A stretch of 57,272 bases of DNA from Octopus sinensis. Its lineage: Eukaryota. Of the stretch, positions 22,601-35,298 are shown piece by piece; the stretch's first letter is position 1; every line of letters starts with the position of its first letter. The position numbers were made by a program, and so were the translations under genes. The notes beneath the pieces were generated by a model. The model saw nothing but the letters and a program-made list of their open reading frames with translations, did no database searches and was not told the DNA's origin. The DNA lies in NCBI RefSeq assembly GCF_006345805.1, contig NW_021833770.1:1-57272 (forward strand), given 5' to 3'.

Positions 22601-24990
22601 TGCCTTTAATCGAAGTGCAAGATTCAACGTTGATGTGGGCGTTGAAAGTTTTAAGGAGGAAAGGGCTGTAGGGAACAACCATACTTGTTGATGGCAATTT
22701 CCTTGCTCCTTATCCTTTTTTTCGCCGAAATTCCTCCAAAGTGAGGGGCATGTCGTCAGTAAATTGGGTAGCCGCAAATACTAGTAAATGTATCTTGTTG
22801 AAAGCCCTGGGATAGTTCTTTGAACATCTATTTTTTCCATACATGGAGAATTAGGATCCAAGACACCACAGGGCCGTGTATCATATGCGCCGACACGATT
22901 TGGAATAGCTGCAAGTTGACATTAGGTTTGGGCACCTCTGCACATTTAATTTGATCGATGTCCGCAGGTCTGATTATTTCTTGGCACCAAATCAGTATAT
23001 GGGTGTGTGGAAGACCCCGCTTTTGCCATTCTACAGTGTACATCCACGCGTTAAGTTTTCTGTAGACAGCATCAATTTTCAATAACCACATAAATTTCTG
23101 CAATTTTCGTGGAAAACTCTGGCCACTAAGTCGTGCCTGTCGCATGCAGCCTGGCCTCGAATAAGTTTTCCTTTATCTCTTGCCAAGTTGAGTTGCACGT
23201 AAAGGTGATTAAGAGGTCATGTCCGCTAAATTTACGGACATATGCCATGGCATCCTGTGTCCGCTGATGCATATACCGTCGAGACCCGGTATGGCTGGAA
23301 GGACGTATCACCGGAAGGCCAATGTTTCTTGCATTAACATACAGCTGGACATGAACGGTAAGATATCGATCCACACGCAATCTGTTTTGATTTTAACGAA
23401 TACAAAGAAGCCTTTCACCTTCAGCCTTGGCAAACATGTCAACCAAGAATTGATTTGTGACTTCCTTGTACCGTAGTAGTTGGTTGAACTGACCTTCTCT
23501 GACCATAAGACGGAAGGCATAGAATTCCTTGCAGGAAACAGCCTTGGTTAATTCAGCACCCGTGATTGGATCAAATGGCGTTGGTGAAAGCTGTTGCCAT
23601 CCTCTCCAAAGGGGAAACAGTAGGGGGTACTGCAGGCAGTCGTATGACCGATAGGTTCCGAAACAAAAGACAGTCGGCTATCGCGGTGCTGGAAGACAAT
23701 ATCACGCTTGCCATTTTCTTCGCCGACTGCTGCAACCTGTTGGTGGTTGGAGCATTGAAAGGTCGCGGGTGCTCACCAGCAGGTCGCCTCTAGGCTTTAA
23801 TTATCAATTTTAGCTCAGGTTGGGCTTCCAAAAGCTGCAACGCATCATTCTTCAATTCGTTGACATAAGGGTGTGTTGCATGAAGCATATGTTGGAGTTC
23901 AGCAACAATTGCTGCGTCAACATCTGAATTTCTGTTGCACCGTTGGATAGCTTCTGCGTTTGAACAACCCATGAAGAAAATCTGAAAGAACTTGGGTTCC
24001 TTGGTAGGCTGAGGATAAAGACTTCCCATGCGATGATAACATTGACCTTGAATCTTGAAGGTGTAATGCAACTCCTTCGTTTTGTTTGCAGGATTAACCG
24101 CCCAATTTCCATCAATATTGACGTTGTTGATGTTATGTTTGTCGTGGATGTTCTTTACGGCAAAAGAGTTCATAGGGAAGCAGGAGTTATAACTCCAAAT
24201 GCCTTTTCGGAATTTCTTGGCGTAGTCGGAGCTATTGAGGAGGAGATTTTTCAGAACTTCAGGTGGATCTGCGAGCGGCTGAAATCGAACCTTGCCTCCA
24301 GAACAACAAAGACCAGCTGCCTCACCAGCCCACTACTTAGCTTGACAAAATCGGCATTCCCTGTCCATTTTACCAAGAGTCACGTCCAGGTGATTGGAGA
24401 AATCATCAGCAGGACTGTATCTGAATCCAACTCTCACCCAAAATGCGCCCCTTGCAGCAGCAATATTTTTTTGACGTCGACCTGCCAACCTGTTTTCCAT
24501 AGCCTCCGATGATTCCTGAAGACTTGATATCTGGCGTTGTCTATGTTGGGCAGCGGGGCGGGCCTCTCTTGCTTCAGCAGGCTCCTGAAGGAGTGAGCGT
24601 TGATTATGACTACGCTGGGCGGCAAGACGAGCTTGCCTTGCTTCTTCTGACCCACAAGGAGTGAGCGCCGATTTCGAATACGCATGAAAGCAAGACGGGC
24701 CTGCCTTGCTTCAACAGGTTCGTCACATAGTGAGCGTTGATCACGACTACGCTGATCATCAAGACGGGCCTCTCTTGCTTCTTGTGTTTCCTGAAAGGAA
24801 TAGTAGAAAACATATGAAAGTGCAATATTGAAATGGGATACAGGAGGAGAATGTGTAGAAGCAAAATCGAAATGATATGAATGTTGAGAAACGTACCTGT
24901 GAACGCAACTCCCTTTTTCGCTGTTTTAGGAGGGCATTCCTTTTGGTACAGAGCATTGATTGTTTTCGGTTAGGCATTATCTATAAAGAT
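19698..24990 (-). mobile_element. Helitron B, near full-length but degenerate RepHel (HUH Rep + PIF1 helicase)
   Basis: 3' CTAG+T at 19698-19701 with decayed hairpin. Minus ORFs in order: FKIQGQCYHRMGSL; SSHTGSRRYM...DLLITFTCN; YTVEWQKRGLPHTHIL (HUH); VVPYSPFLLKTFNAHINVE...KYICKHVNKGSD; FFLDAPGRTGK; AVASSGIAATLLHGGRTAHSAFKLP; GNFRQTLPV; LRNLD...CNGTR; RLQFPI...QGQSL...FSHGQL. Confidence 0.93.
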
Positions 24991-26252
24991 GGTTTTTACT
25001 GAGGCAAACCTCATGAGATTTTTTGAAGAAGCAAAAAATAATTGTAACGAAAGTTAAGTTTTTTTTTTGCAACTTGAACCTGTGTCTGAAAGTGAAACGT
25101 TGATGTTTTTGAACAAAGTATTAATCTTTATCTGTTATTATAGTTGGAAATGTATAACGATAAATAAGAAAAAAATAGTGAAATGTTTCAAAAAAAGCAT
25201 GCAGCTTTGAAGAAGATATATGAAATGGACGTGTGTGTGTGTGTTTTCCGGCTAATTTGGCAGGACTTTTGCAGTCAGCAAGAGGTGGTTTGTGTTTATC
25301 TCTGGAGTGGAATTGTTGTTAATTTGTCTGTAATAGCAATGCCCGGACAAGTGAAAAATCTTCGCAGAAAACAGCTTCAGGAGTTGTGAAGAAAGAACTT
25401 GTACGTAGTCTGTTTGTGAGAACTATTCTGTTGGACCTCCGTCTAATCACGTCTTTTAAGGTACACACACATACATAGAAAATGTGAGGTCATGGTAGAA
25501 AATTTTTCGATAGTTGATTATGGAAAAGATTATGTTAAATTTTTGAAATGCAAATCTGTGAATGAAAATTAAGTTCAGACGTCTACATGGTAGGTAGACC
25601 TAGTAGAAATAGCAGCCAAATCTCCCACAAAACACCCCACTGTATTAATCCAACAATTGTGCGTAATATGTAGTTTCAAGGAGAAAAGGTAACTAACGTT
25701 GAAGATAATTAACCCCACGAAGAGGTGAAAGAAGAGAGACAGCATAGGGAAAGTTTTAGCTAACTCATCCTGTAGTCCCCTTGTTGCTCGCGGAAAAGTA
25801 TATGGTGGCTGTGTGAACAACTGGTTGTTTTAATGGAAGAACGAAGTGGGGAAGAAGTTTTTATCGATTTTCACGGAAAGTATGGGTGCTATGAAAAAAA
25901 TAGAAGAGGTAGTAAGAAGTTGACGTTAAGAATTGATTTAACAGTTAGAAAATGTTTGACATTTCAATCATCGCCAAATAATGAAGCTGTAAGAATTTAC
26001 AGGCAAATTGTATGTAAGAATTAAAGCAGAAATGATTTTTAATTATACTGCCAAAGTTCTGCAACTTAATAGCAGACGTATCCAATTTAAGAAAAGTGAA
26101 GATAAAAGCTAAGTGGAACATTATGGAAGGAGTCATTGGTATACACTTATAAGAAAAATAGACACGTACCTTTTTTAGAGAACGAAAATGTAGCTATTGT
26201 ATTGGACGTCTGTGTAATCAAGAGAGCAGAAAGTGAAAGAAAATATATGAAA

Positions 26253-28110
26253 CTAGCAGAGATACCTGGCGTTGCCCGGGTACATTCAATTGAAGAATTA
26301 GACTATTCTGTTATATATATATATATATATATATATATGGATACACACACACACCTATATATATGTATATTAATATAAATACATGAAATTACATGAAGTT
26401 TGTTAAAAAAAGGGTATCATGTATATACCTCCTGGCTGTTGAGATTATAACACCTCGTTGTAAACAATGTTCCTTGTTTTCCCTTGTGGAGCATATACAA
26501 AAAGGTTTCTTTTGGTTCCTACTCTTGAGCAGCCAACATACAGTTGCCCATGCGAGAAGCAGGGCTCTTCCAAGAGAAGACCAGCTACAGAGAGGGTTTG
26601 ACCCTGAGATTTGTTAATGGACATGGCAAAGCTGACACGAAGGGGAAATTACAATCTTCTGAATGTAAATGGAATTTCTGCTCCTGATGGAGTAAGAGGA
26701 AATCTTGGAATAAAGACGTCATCAGCTTTTCCACATCCAGAAAAAATGATTGCCTCGATAACGTGTGACATGATTTTCTTTATCACCAGTCGTGTTCCAT
26801 TGCAAAGTCTTGGTGGTTCCAGATTGCGGAGTAGCGTTACAGGAGTTCCAACTTTAAGTGCTAATATGTGTGGAGGTAGACCAGGAGGCTCCGGTGAATT
26901 GAGAAATTCAGGAGGATAGTTCACAACTTCATTTATATGTGGAATTGTATCAACAGACTTGTAAGTGTGTATACTGTCGGGAAGAGAATGCATTAGCTGT
27001 TGATTGATTTTGTTAACAGCGACGTTTTTTGGAGCTAATATTGCTCTTTCACACAGCCAATTGTGATTTTGGTAGTTTTGTGTGAAGCTGGGAAAGACTT
27101 TGTTTTTTAGGTCATCTACAGAATTAACAACACAGGAAAATGACCACACTTCTATTTGTCCTGCAGCATCGAGGGGCATCTTGCCTCACCAAGTGTCAAA
27201 ATGGATGTGCAAACTTTGCGGACATTTTGTCGCCGTGTAGCTGAGCTCTCATGTTAGTGGTGAGACTGAGGATTGTAACATGATGCCACAGGTTAGAGGA
27301 CTTTAGGCATGCGTGGACTTCATCTGCTCTAGTGCCTTTCGGAATGACAGGAAGAGTTGTCTCTGAAATCACCTGACTACAGAAGCGTTACACCTCCCAT
27401 CGGAGCCTGACAGTCGCGGATGTCTTTCAGGGCTCTATCTCATGCTTCCAAAGCTCCCTTGTGAGCCATAGTGCACTCATCCCAGACAATTAGATAACAC
27501 ATTTTAAGTTCTTGTCCCTGATCTGAGCTTTTGTTGATGTTGCATGAAGGCATTTCGGATGCTGCTAAATTGAGAGGGAGTTTAAAAGTTGAGTGTGCTG
27601 TCCTGCCACCGGGTTACAAAGTAGCTGCAATGCCAGAGGAGGCTACAGCTACTGCAATGTCCTGATGCTGCCTAACTTCTGCAAGGAGAAGCTTTGTAAT
27701 AAATGTTTTCCTGTCCCTCCAGGAGCATCGAGGAAGATTCGTCCATCGCGTTGGCGTACACTGTTAAGAATAGTTCTGTAGGCCTGCAGCTGGTCCGGAA
27801 GTAATTTAGGCTCATTTTCAACAATGTACTTTGAAAGCGCTTGAGTGTCGTAAGTTGTTTCGCGAATGACAGCAGTGGGAAGGCTATTTGACCCTCACCT
27901 GAATGCTTGTGGCAGGCTATACGTCGACAATTCCTTTCCACCCAGTTTAGCAATTCTGTCTTCAATGTCAATGAGTCTTTTGTTATAGATTTCATTGCTG
28001 ATACCCTCCATGTCAGGATAGAGCAGTTGAGCATGGCGCTGAAGGGGACAGTGTTTTTGAGATTCCGGTTCGAATGTAAGGCAGGTTTGAAAGTGTTACC
28101 AACAGTTATT
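26253..28110 (-). mobile_element. Helitron C, 3' part (helicase) with 3' terminus
   Basis: Plus strand a-ctag-cagagatacctggcgttgcccggg is a reverse-complemented hairpin+CTAG terminus. IFLDAPGGTGKTF (~27700-27745); ERAILAPKN...YPPEFLNSPEPPGLPPH.L.LKVGTPV.LLRNL.PPRLCNGTRL (26649-27179). No Rep domain. Confidence 0.9.
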
Positions 28111-28239
28111 AGTTGTAGTGGTAGAGTGTTTATGCCGAATATGTACGTATGCATGTATATATATATATATATGTATGTATGCCTGTACATATGTACAAAA
28201 TCCACCGAGAAGGCTTTTGTTGTCTGAGGCTACAGCAGA

Positions 28240-28325
28240 AGACACATGCCAAGTCACCACCCAGTGGGACTGAACCCAGGACCATGTGTTTGGAACGTAG
28301 TTTGTTACCACACAGCCACACCTGC
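28240..28325 (-). mobile_element. SINE fragment (same family as 49030-49165)
   Basis: cagtgggactgaacccaggaccatgtgtttgg...ttaccacacagccac. Confidence 0.7.
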
Positions 28326-28329
28326 CCCT

Positions 28330-31300
28330 ATGTATGTATGTGTGTGTGTGTATGTGTGTATGGGTAGATATTATGCATGTACATATGGGTATATATATGT
28401 GTACATATTACATGTACATTTATATATATACATCTACACATAAAATACAAAATACAAAGTTATATCTTGATATCGCAAGTGATAACAATACTCAAAATAT
28501 ATAACAGACTGGAATTGTAGGCCCGTCTCTTGCAATTTTGATCAATTGGATCTTGTCCTCCCACTTGTATAGAAGTGTACAGCTGCAGCGAAATTCATTT
28601 TTGGACTTTCTTCTATCGAAGGCATTTTAACAAAAATGATTCCGTAAAGACGGTGAAATATTGTCAATTTCCCCAAACAGGGACACAATTCAATTTTTAA
28701 ACAATAACCAAAGCCCTTCTCAGAAATGGGGAGGCTTATGGTTTACAATTATATAACAAATGCAACACAAAAACGTTTCCCTGACGAGGAACCAACAAAC
28801 GTGATTACAATAGTCAAACAGTAATAATAATAAAAACAAACCTTTTTAATTTATCCCCATTTATGTGAAACCACTTATTCAATTTCAAGTCATTGATGCA
28901 ATTTTATACGAATTGCTAATACACACACAGACACATATAATAAGGGTGAAAATTGAATATTAATTTGATTAATATGTATTGAAAACCAGTGGTGTAGCAC
29001 ATAAGAACATAGTGGATCTTCTTCTAGCAAAATGGATGACCACTGTTAATGGTTGATCCCTATTATATAATACTTTCACTTTCATAGTTTCAGTATTAAG
29101 TGAAAGTACCTGCATTACAATAAAGAGATGTTTTTGCTTCACTTTTAACACGTAAGACTGAAATAGTGGAGAGATATGATATTGCTGTGAGCTCGCCCTA
29201 GGGAAAAAGTTGATTTTTTTTACCATGACACTCTCCCCGGACCTTACGTAGGGCATGTGGAAAATTTGAATGAAATTGTTGTGTCAGTTCACAAGTTTTA
29301 GGGAAACACACAGACAGACAGACACACATTCTCATTTTTTATATATAGAGAGATTGACGTGTGTATGTGTGTGTTTTTCCGGCGAATTTGGCAGGATTTT
29401 TGCAGTCAGCAAGGTGGGGCGGTTGTGTTTATATCTGGAGATTTAGAAAGGGGATCTTTTGAAGTCCTTGTGAAAGCGAAAGAGGCAGATACAGGACCTC
29501 TATTTTTAGCCCCTTGTGAGCAAAAATGAAATAAGATACAGGATGATTGCATGAGTGAACGTCCTTTGAAGTTGGCGTGAAGCGGAAGAATTGATGTGCG
29601 TGCTGGTGTGTATGAGAGTTTGTGTGTGTGTGAGAAGAGAGTGTGTGTGTGTGAGAGAGAGACAGAGAGAGAGAGCGTGTTGGAGACAGAGAGAGAGAGA
29701 GAGTGTGTGTGTGTGTGTGTGTGTGGTGTGTTGTTGTTGGAGGGGTGTGCGGAGTGAGTATACAGAAAAGTAGAGAGGTTATGTATGTTGGCGGGGGAAT
29801 TCCATTAAAAAAAGTTTTAATCGATTTTCTCTCGGTAACTATGGGGGATAGGAAAACAACAAACTGCATTCCAATATATACACCCCTCTCCACATGTGTG
29901 CCATATTTCATTAGCGAATCCACCCGCCGTTTGGCTGTATGTGTGTGTGTGCGTATGTGTGTATGGGTAGATATATTATGCATGTACATATGGTATATAT
30001 ATGTGTACATATTACATGTACTTTTATATATATACATCTACACATAAAATACAAAATACAAAGTTATATATTGATATCGCAAGTGATAACAATACTCAAA
30101 ATATATAACAGACTGGAATTGTAGGCCCGTCTCTTGCAATTTTGATCAATTGGATCTTGTCCTCCCACTTGTATAGAAGTGTACAGCTGCAGCGAAATTC
30201 ATTTTTGGACTTTCTTCTATCGAAGGCATTTTAACAAAAATGATTCCGTAAAGACGGTGAAAGTATTGTCAATTTCCCCAAACAGGGACACAATTCAATT
30301 TTTAAACAATAACCAAAGCCCTTCTCAGAAATGGGGAGGCTTATGGTTTACAATTATATAACAAATGCAACACAACAACGTTTCCCTGACGAGGAACCAA
30401 CAAACGTGATTACAATAGTCAAACAGTAATAATAATAAAAACAAACCTTTTTAATTTATCCCCATTTATGTGAAACCACTTATTCAATTTCAAGTCATTG
30501 ATGCAATTTTATACGAATTGCTAATACACACACAGACACATATAATAAGGGTGAAAAATTGAATATTAATTTGATTAATATGTATTGAAAACCAGTGGTG
30601 TAGCACATAAGAACATAGTGGATCTTCTTCTAGCAAAATGGATGACCACTGTTAATGGTTGATCCCTATTATATAATACTTTCACTTTCATAGTTTCAGT
30701 ATTAAAGTGAAAGTACCTGCATTACAATAAAGAGATTTTTTGCTTCACTTTTAACACGTAAGACTGAAATAGTGGAGAAGATATGATATTGCTGTGAGCT
30801 CGCCCTAGGGAAAAAGTTGATTTTTTTTACCATGACACTCCCCGGACCTTAAGTAAGGCATGTGGAAAATTTGAATGAAATTGTTGTGCAGTTCACAAGT
30901 TTTAGGGAAACACACAGACAGACAGACACACATTCTCAGTTTTATATATAGAGAGATTGACGTGTGTATGTGTGTGTTTTTCCGGCGAATTTGGCAGGAT
31001 TTTTGCAGTCAGCAAGGTGGGGCGGTTGTGTTTATATCTGGAGATTTAGAAAGGGGATCTTTTGAAGTCCTTGTGAAAGCGAAAGAGGCAGATACAGGAC
31101 CTCTATGTTTAGCCCCTTGTGAGCAAAAATGAAATAAGATACAGGATGATTGCATGAGTGAACGTCCTTTGAAGTTGGCGTGAAGCGGAAGAATTGATGT
31201 GCGTGCTGTGTGTGTATGAGAGTTTGTGTGTGTGAGAGAGAGAGTGTGTGTGTGTGAGAGAGAGACAGAGAGAGAGAGCGTGTGTGAGAGACAGAGAGAG

Positions 31301-33232
31301 AGAGTGTGTGTGTGTGTGAGAGAGAGACAGAGAGAGAGAGCGTGTGTGAGAGACAGAGAGAGAGAGAGAGTGTGTGTGTGTGGTGTGTGTGTGTGTGTTG
31401 GATGGGGTGTGCGGAGTGAGTAACAGAAAAGTAGAGAGGTTATGTATGTTGGCGGGGGAATTCCATTAAAAAAAGTTTTAATCGATTTTCTCGGTAACTA
31501 TGGGGGGATAGAAAACATACAACTGCATTCCAATATATACACCCCTCTCCACATGTGTGCCATATTTCATGCGAATCCACCCAGCCGTTTGGCTGTATGT
31601 GTGTGTGTGCGTATGTGTGTATGGGTAGATATATTATGCATGTACATATGGGTATATATATGTGTACATATTACATGTACTTTTATATATATACATCTAC
31701 ACATAAAATACAAAATACAAAGTTATATATTGATATCGCAAGTGATAACAATACTCAAAATATATAACAGACTGGAATTGTAGGCCCGTCTCTTGCAATT
31801 TTGATCAATTGGATCTTGTCCTCCCACTTGTATAGAAGTGTACAGCTGCAGCGAAATTCATTTTTGGACTTTCTTCTATCGAAGGCATTTTAACAAAAAT
31901 GATTCCGTAAAGACGGTGTGAAAGTATTGTCAATTTCCCCAAACAGGGACACAATTCAATTTTTAAACAATAACCAAAGCCCTTCTCAGAAATGGGGAGG
32001 CTTATGGTTTACAATTATATAACAAATGCAACACAACAACGTTTCCCTGACTAGGAACCAACAAACGTGATTACAATAGTCAAACAGTAATAATAATAAA
32101 AACAAACCTTTTTAATTTATCCCCATTTATGTGAAACCACTTATTCAATTTCAAGTCATTGATGCAATTTTATACGAATTGCTAATACACACACAGACAC
32201 ATATAATAAGGGTGAAAAAATGAATATTAATTTGATTAATATGTATTGAAAACCAGTGGTGTAGCACATAAGAACATAGTGGATCTTCTTCTAGCAAAAT
32301 GGATGACCACTGTTAATGGTTGATCCCTATTATATAATACTTTCACTTTCATAGTTTCAGTATTAAAGTGAAAGTACCTGCATTACAATAAGAGATGTTT
32401 TTGCTTCACTTTTAACACGTAAGACTGAAATAGTGGAGAAGATATGATATTGCTGTGAGCTCGCCCTAGGGAAAAAGTTGATTTTTTTTACCATGACACT
32501 CCCCGGACCTTAAGTAAGGCATGTGGAAAATTTGAATGAAATTGTTGTGCAGTTCACAAGTTTTAGGGAACCACACAGACAGACAGACACACATTCTCAG
32601 TTTTATATATAGAGAGATTGACGTGTGTATGTGTGTGTTTTTCCGGCGAATTTGGCAGGATTTTTGCAGTCAGCAAGGTGGGGCGGTGCGGTTGTGTTTA
32701 TATCTGGAGATTTAGAAAGGGGATCTTTTGAAGTCCTTGTGAAAGCGAAAGAGGCAGATACAGGACCTCTATGTTTAGCCCCTTGTGAGCAAAAATGAAA
32801 TAAGATACAGGATGATTGCATGAGTGAACGTCCTTTGAAGTTGGCGTGAAGCGGAAGAATTGATGTGCGTGCTGTGTGTGTATGAGAGTTTGTGTGTGTG
32901 AGAGAGAGACAGAGAGAGAGAGTGTGTGTGTGTGAGAGAGAGACAGAGAGAGAGAGAGCGTGTGTGAGAGAGACAGAGAGAGAGAGAGTGGGTGTGTGTG
33001 TGTGTGTGTGGTGTGTGTGTGTGTGTGTGTGTGTTGGATGGGGTGTGCGGAGTGAGTAACAGAAAAGTAGAGAGGTTATGTATGTTGGCGGGGGAATTCC
33101 ATTAAAAAAAGTTTTAATCGATTTTCTCGGTAACTATGGGGGATAGGAAAACATACAAACTGCATTCCAATATATACACCCCTCTCCACATGTGTGCCAT
33201 ATTTCATGCGAATCCACCAGCCGTTTGGCTGT
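28330..33232. repeat. Three head-to-tail copies of a ~1.6-kb Helitron-related non-coding unit
   Basis: gtaggcccgtctcttgc at 28517, 30121 and 31780 (periods 1604 and 1659; differences lie mainly in the GT/GA microsatellite). Each unit holds two A|TC Helitron-type 5' ends on the minus strand (e.g. 29353, 29971) and sequence shared with 25215-25290. Confidence 0.9.
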
Positions 33233-33292
33233 GAACCTCAAGACAAGAAAGAATACAACGATCGCCCATGTCCAATTTATATATATATATAT

Positions 33293-33336
<44 letters not shown>

Positions 33337-33806
33337 TGGCTTTTTGTTTAGTGACAGCCTGAATTTCCTTTATGGTATTCTGAAACCTTCCCTTACCCTC
33401 ATTCCTAAAACTAAAAAATTCTTATAGCAGTCAGATACAAGCAGAGTTTTGGTCAGTTAGCAGCTGAACTTCACAACCTCATATGTTCCTAAAATTTATA
33501 TTCACATCTTTATCTGTATATTTACCTTCTCTAAAATGTTACTACTTGATTTGAAAGCTTTTATATTATTGGAAAACCTATATAAATTGGCTGAAGCGTA
33601 CTCAGCATCTTAAATCTGCTGTAATACTTACAGCTTTTAATAAAATGTTGTAGTACGAAACAATTGTACCAAATCAGCGGAGTCATTCTTGTTGCTTATT
33701 TTGATTATAATCACCCCATGGGTAACACCATGCAAAATTCTGGTGCATCTAAATTAAGTACCATATTTATTTGAATCTAAATTGTTGGTGGTCTTATATA
33801 TATATA

Positions 33807-33851
<45 letters not shown>

Positions 33852-33857
33852 ATATAT

Positions 33858-34430
33858 TAATAGTTATCGCCATACTAATATGGCAGTCTAAATATAAGAC
33901 TAACGCTGTCGCTGATTAGCTCCAAGAGGCCACCACCTCCATCGAGCTATATGACACACGAACCTGCGTCCATTACAACCTTCGAACAGGGGAGGTCAGC
34001 CGCTTCACCTTGCTAGTCAGACATCTGCAGACATGTTTCAGCGTGTTGCCATTTATCAATGCAGCGTAGTCAGAACCAGCAGGTGTCGCTACTGACAGTC
34101 TGTTCGAAGATTTTATTTACCTAGTTACAGTGGAATACATCCCCTTGTCTCTCCAAAGGAGATTACGGCAGCGTTACTGGATATTGATAGTTATCGCCAT
34201 ACTAATATGGCAGTCTAAATATAAGACTAAAGCTGTCGCTGATTAGCACCAGGAGGCCATTGTTCGAAGGTTGTAATGGACGCAGGTTCGTGTGTCATAT
34301 AGATAGCTAGAGGCGGTGGCCTCTTGGAGCTAATCAGCGACAGTTTTAGTCTTATATTTAGACTGCCATATTAGTATGGCGATAACTATTAATTTCCAGT
34401 AACGCTGCCGTAATCTCCTTTTGAGAGACT
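33858..34430. mobile_element. ~328-bp unit with partial direct repeat and fold-back inverted copy; PLE pseudo-LTR-like
   Basis: tagttatcgccatactaatatggcagtc at 33861 and 34189; 34261-34430 is the reverse complement of unit sequence. Degenerate HHR on the minus strand at 34025-34064. Confidence 0.75.
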
Positions 34431-34445
34431 AATTTTTATATTTCT

Positions 34446-34479
<34 letters not shown>

Positions 34480-34501
34480 ATATATATATATATACATATA
34501 C

Positions 34502-34532
<31 letters not shown>

Positions 34533-34575
34533 CATATATATATATACATATATATATATACATATATATATATAC

Positions 34576-34607
<32 letters not shown>

Positions 34608-35114
34608 CCCCCTCGTCTTCTCCTCTCCTTCCTTCTCCCACTTCCCCCTCATCTATCCTCCCTCCTCCTCCCTTCTCCCCCTCATCTCCTCTCTCCCCTC
34701 CCCCTCATCTCTCTTCCCTCCTCCCCTCCTCTCTCTCTCTCACTCCTCCTCCTCTCTCTTCTCTACCCCTTTCACTCTCCCCAAAACCCCACTCTACCCC
34801 AACCCCCCTCTACCCCAACCCCATCCGAACCCACACCCCACATGGGTTTTCCCCACACCATACGACATTACACATCACATCATACATACATACACACGTC
34901 CAGACCTTTCATACGCACATACATACTCTCTTATACACACACGCACCCTTATGTTGGGGCGAGGTCACTTGCCCTGTTATCTCCCCTACTGTCCCTCTAG
35001 CGTCTAACGTCTGATCTCTGACTTCTGGCTGAAATCAGACCGCCATGTTCAATCGTTAACACCTGCACGCATATTTTTCTCTCCTTGTTTCTCTCCGTGT
35101 TTCTTTTCTGTGTA

Positions 35115-35152
35115 TCTTTCTGTTGAAGAGCGTAGGCTCGAAACGTAAAAGA
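35115..35152 (+). ncRNA. Candidate minimal type I hammerhead ribozyme
   Basis: TCTTT-CTGTTGA-a-GAGC-gtag-GCTC-GAAAC-GTA-AAAGA: 5-bp stem I, 4-bp stem II, stem III reduced to the ACGT palindrome. Core variant CUGUUGA has U at the normally conserved A6. Confidence 0.55.
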
Positions 35153-35249
35153 CTTGTTTTATTTCTATTCCTGAGCCCCATACTAATACAATTGTTTGTT
35201 TGTACTCCACCTGCCTTCGTCTTTTGTTTATTTTCGTAAAGCTTCCAGT

Positions 35250-35298
<49 letters not shown>

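Noticed and set aside
21272-24512. Plus-strand ORFs of 100-160 aa overlapping Helitron B (also opposite Dong and Tx1)
   Set aside because: Antisense shadows of TE coding sequence with no recognisable motifs.
34620-34900. C-rich tract resembling degenerate (CCCTAA)n telomeric repeat (also TAGGGTTAGGG at ~39438)
   Set aside because: Too irregular and short; looks like noisy low-complexity consensus, so no interstitial telomere is called.
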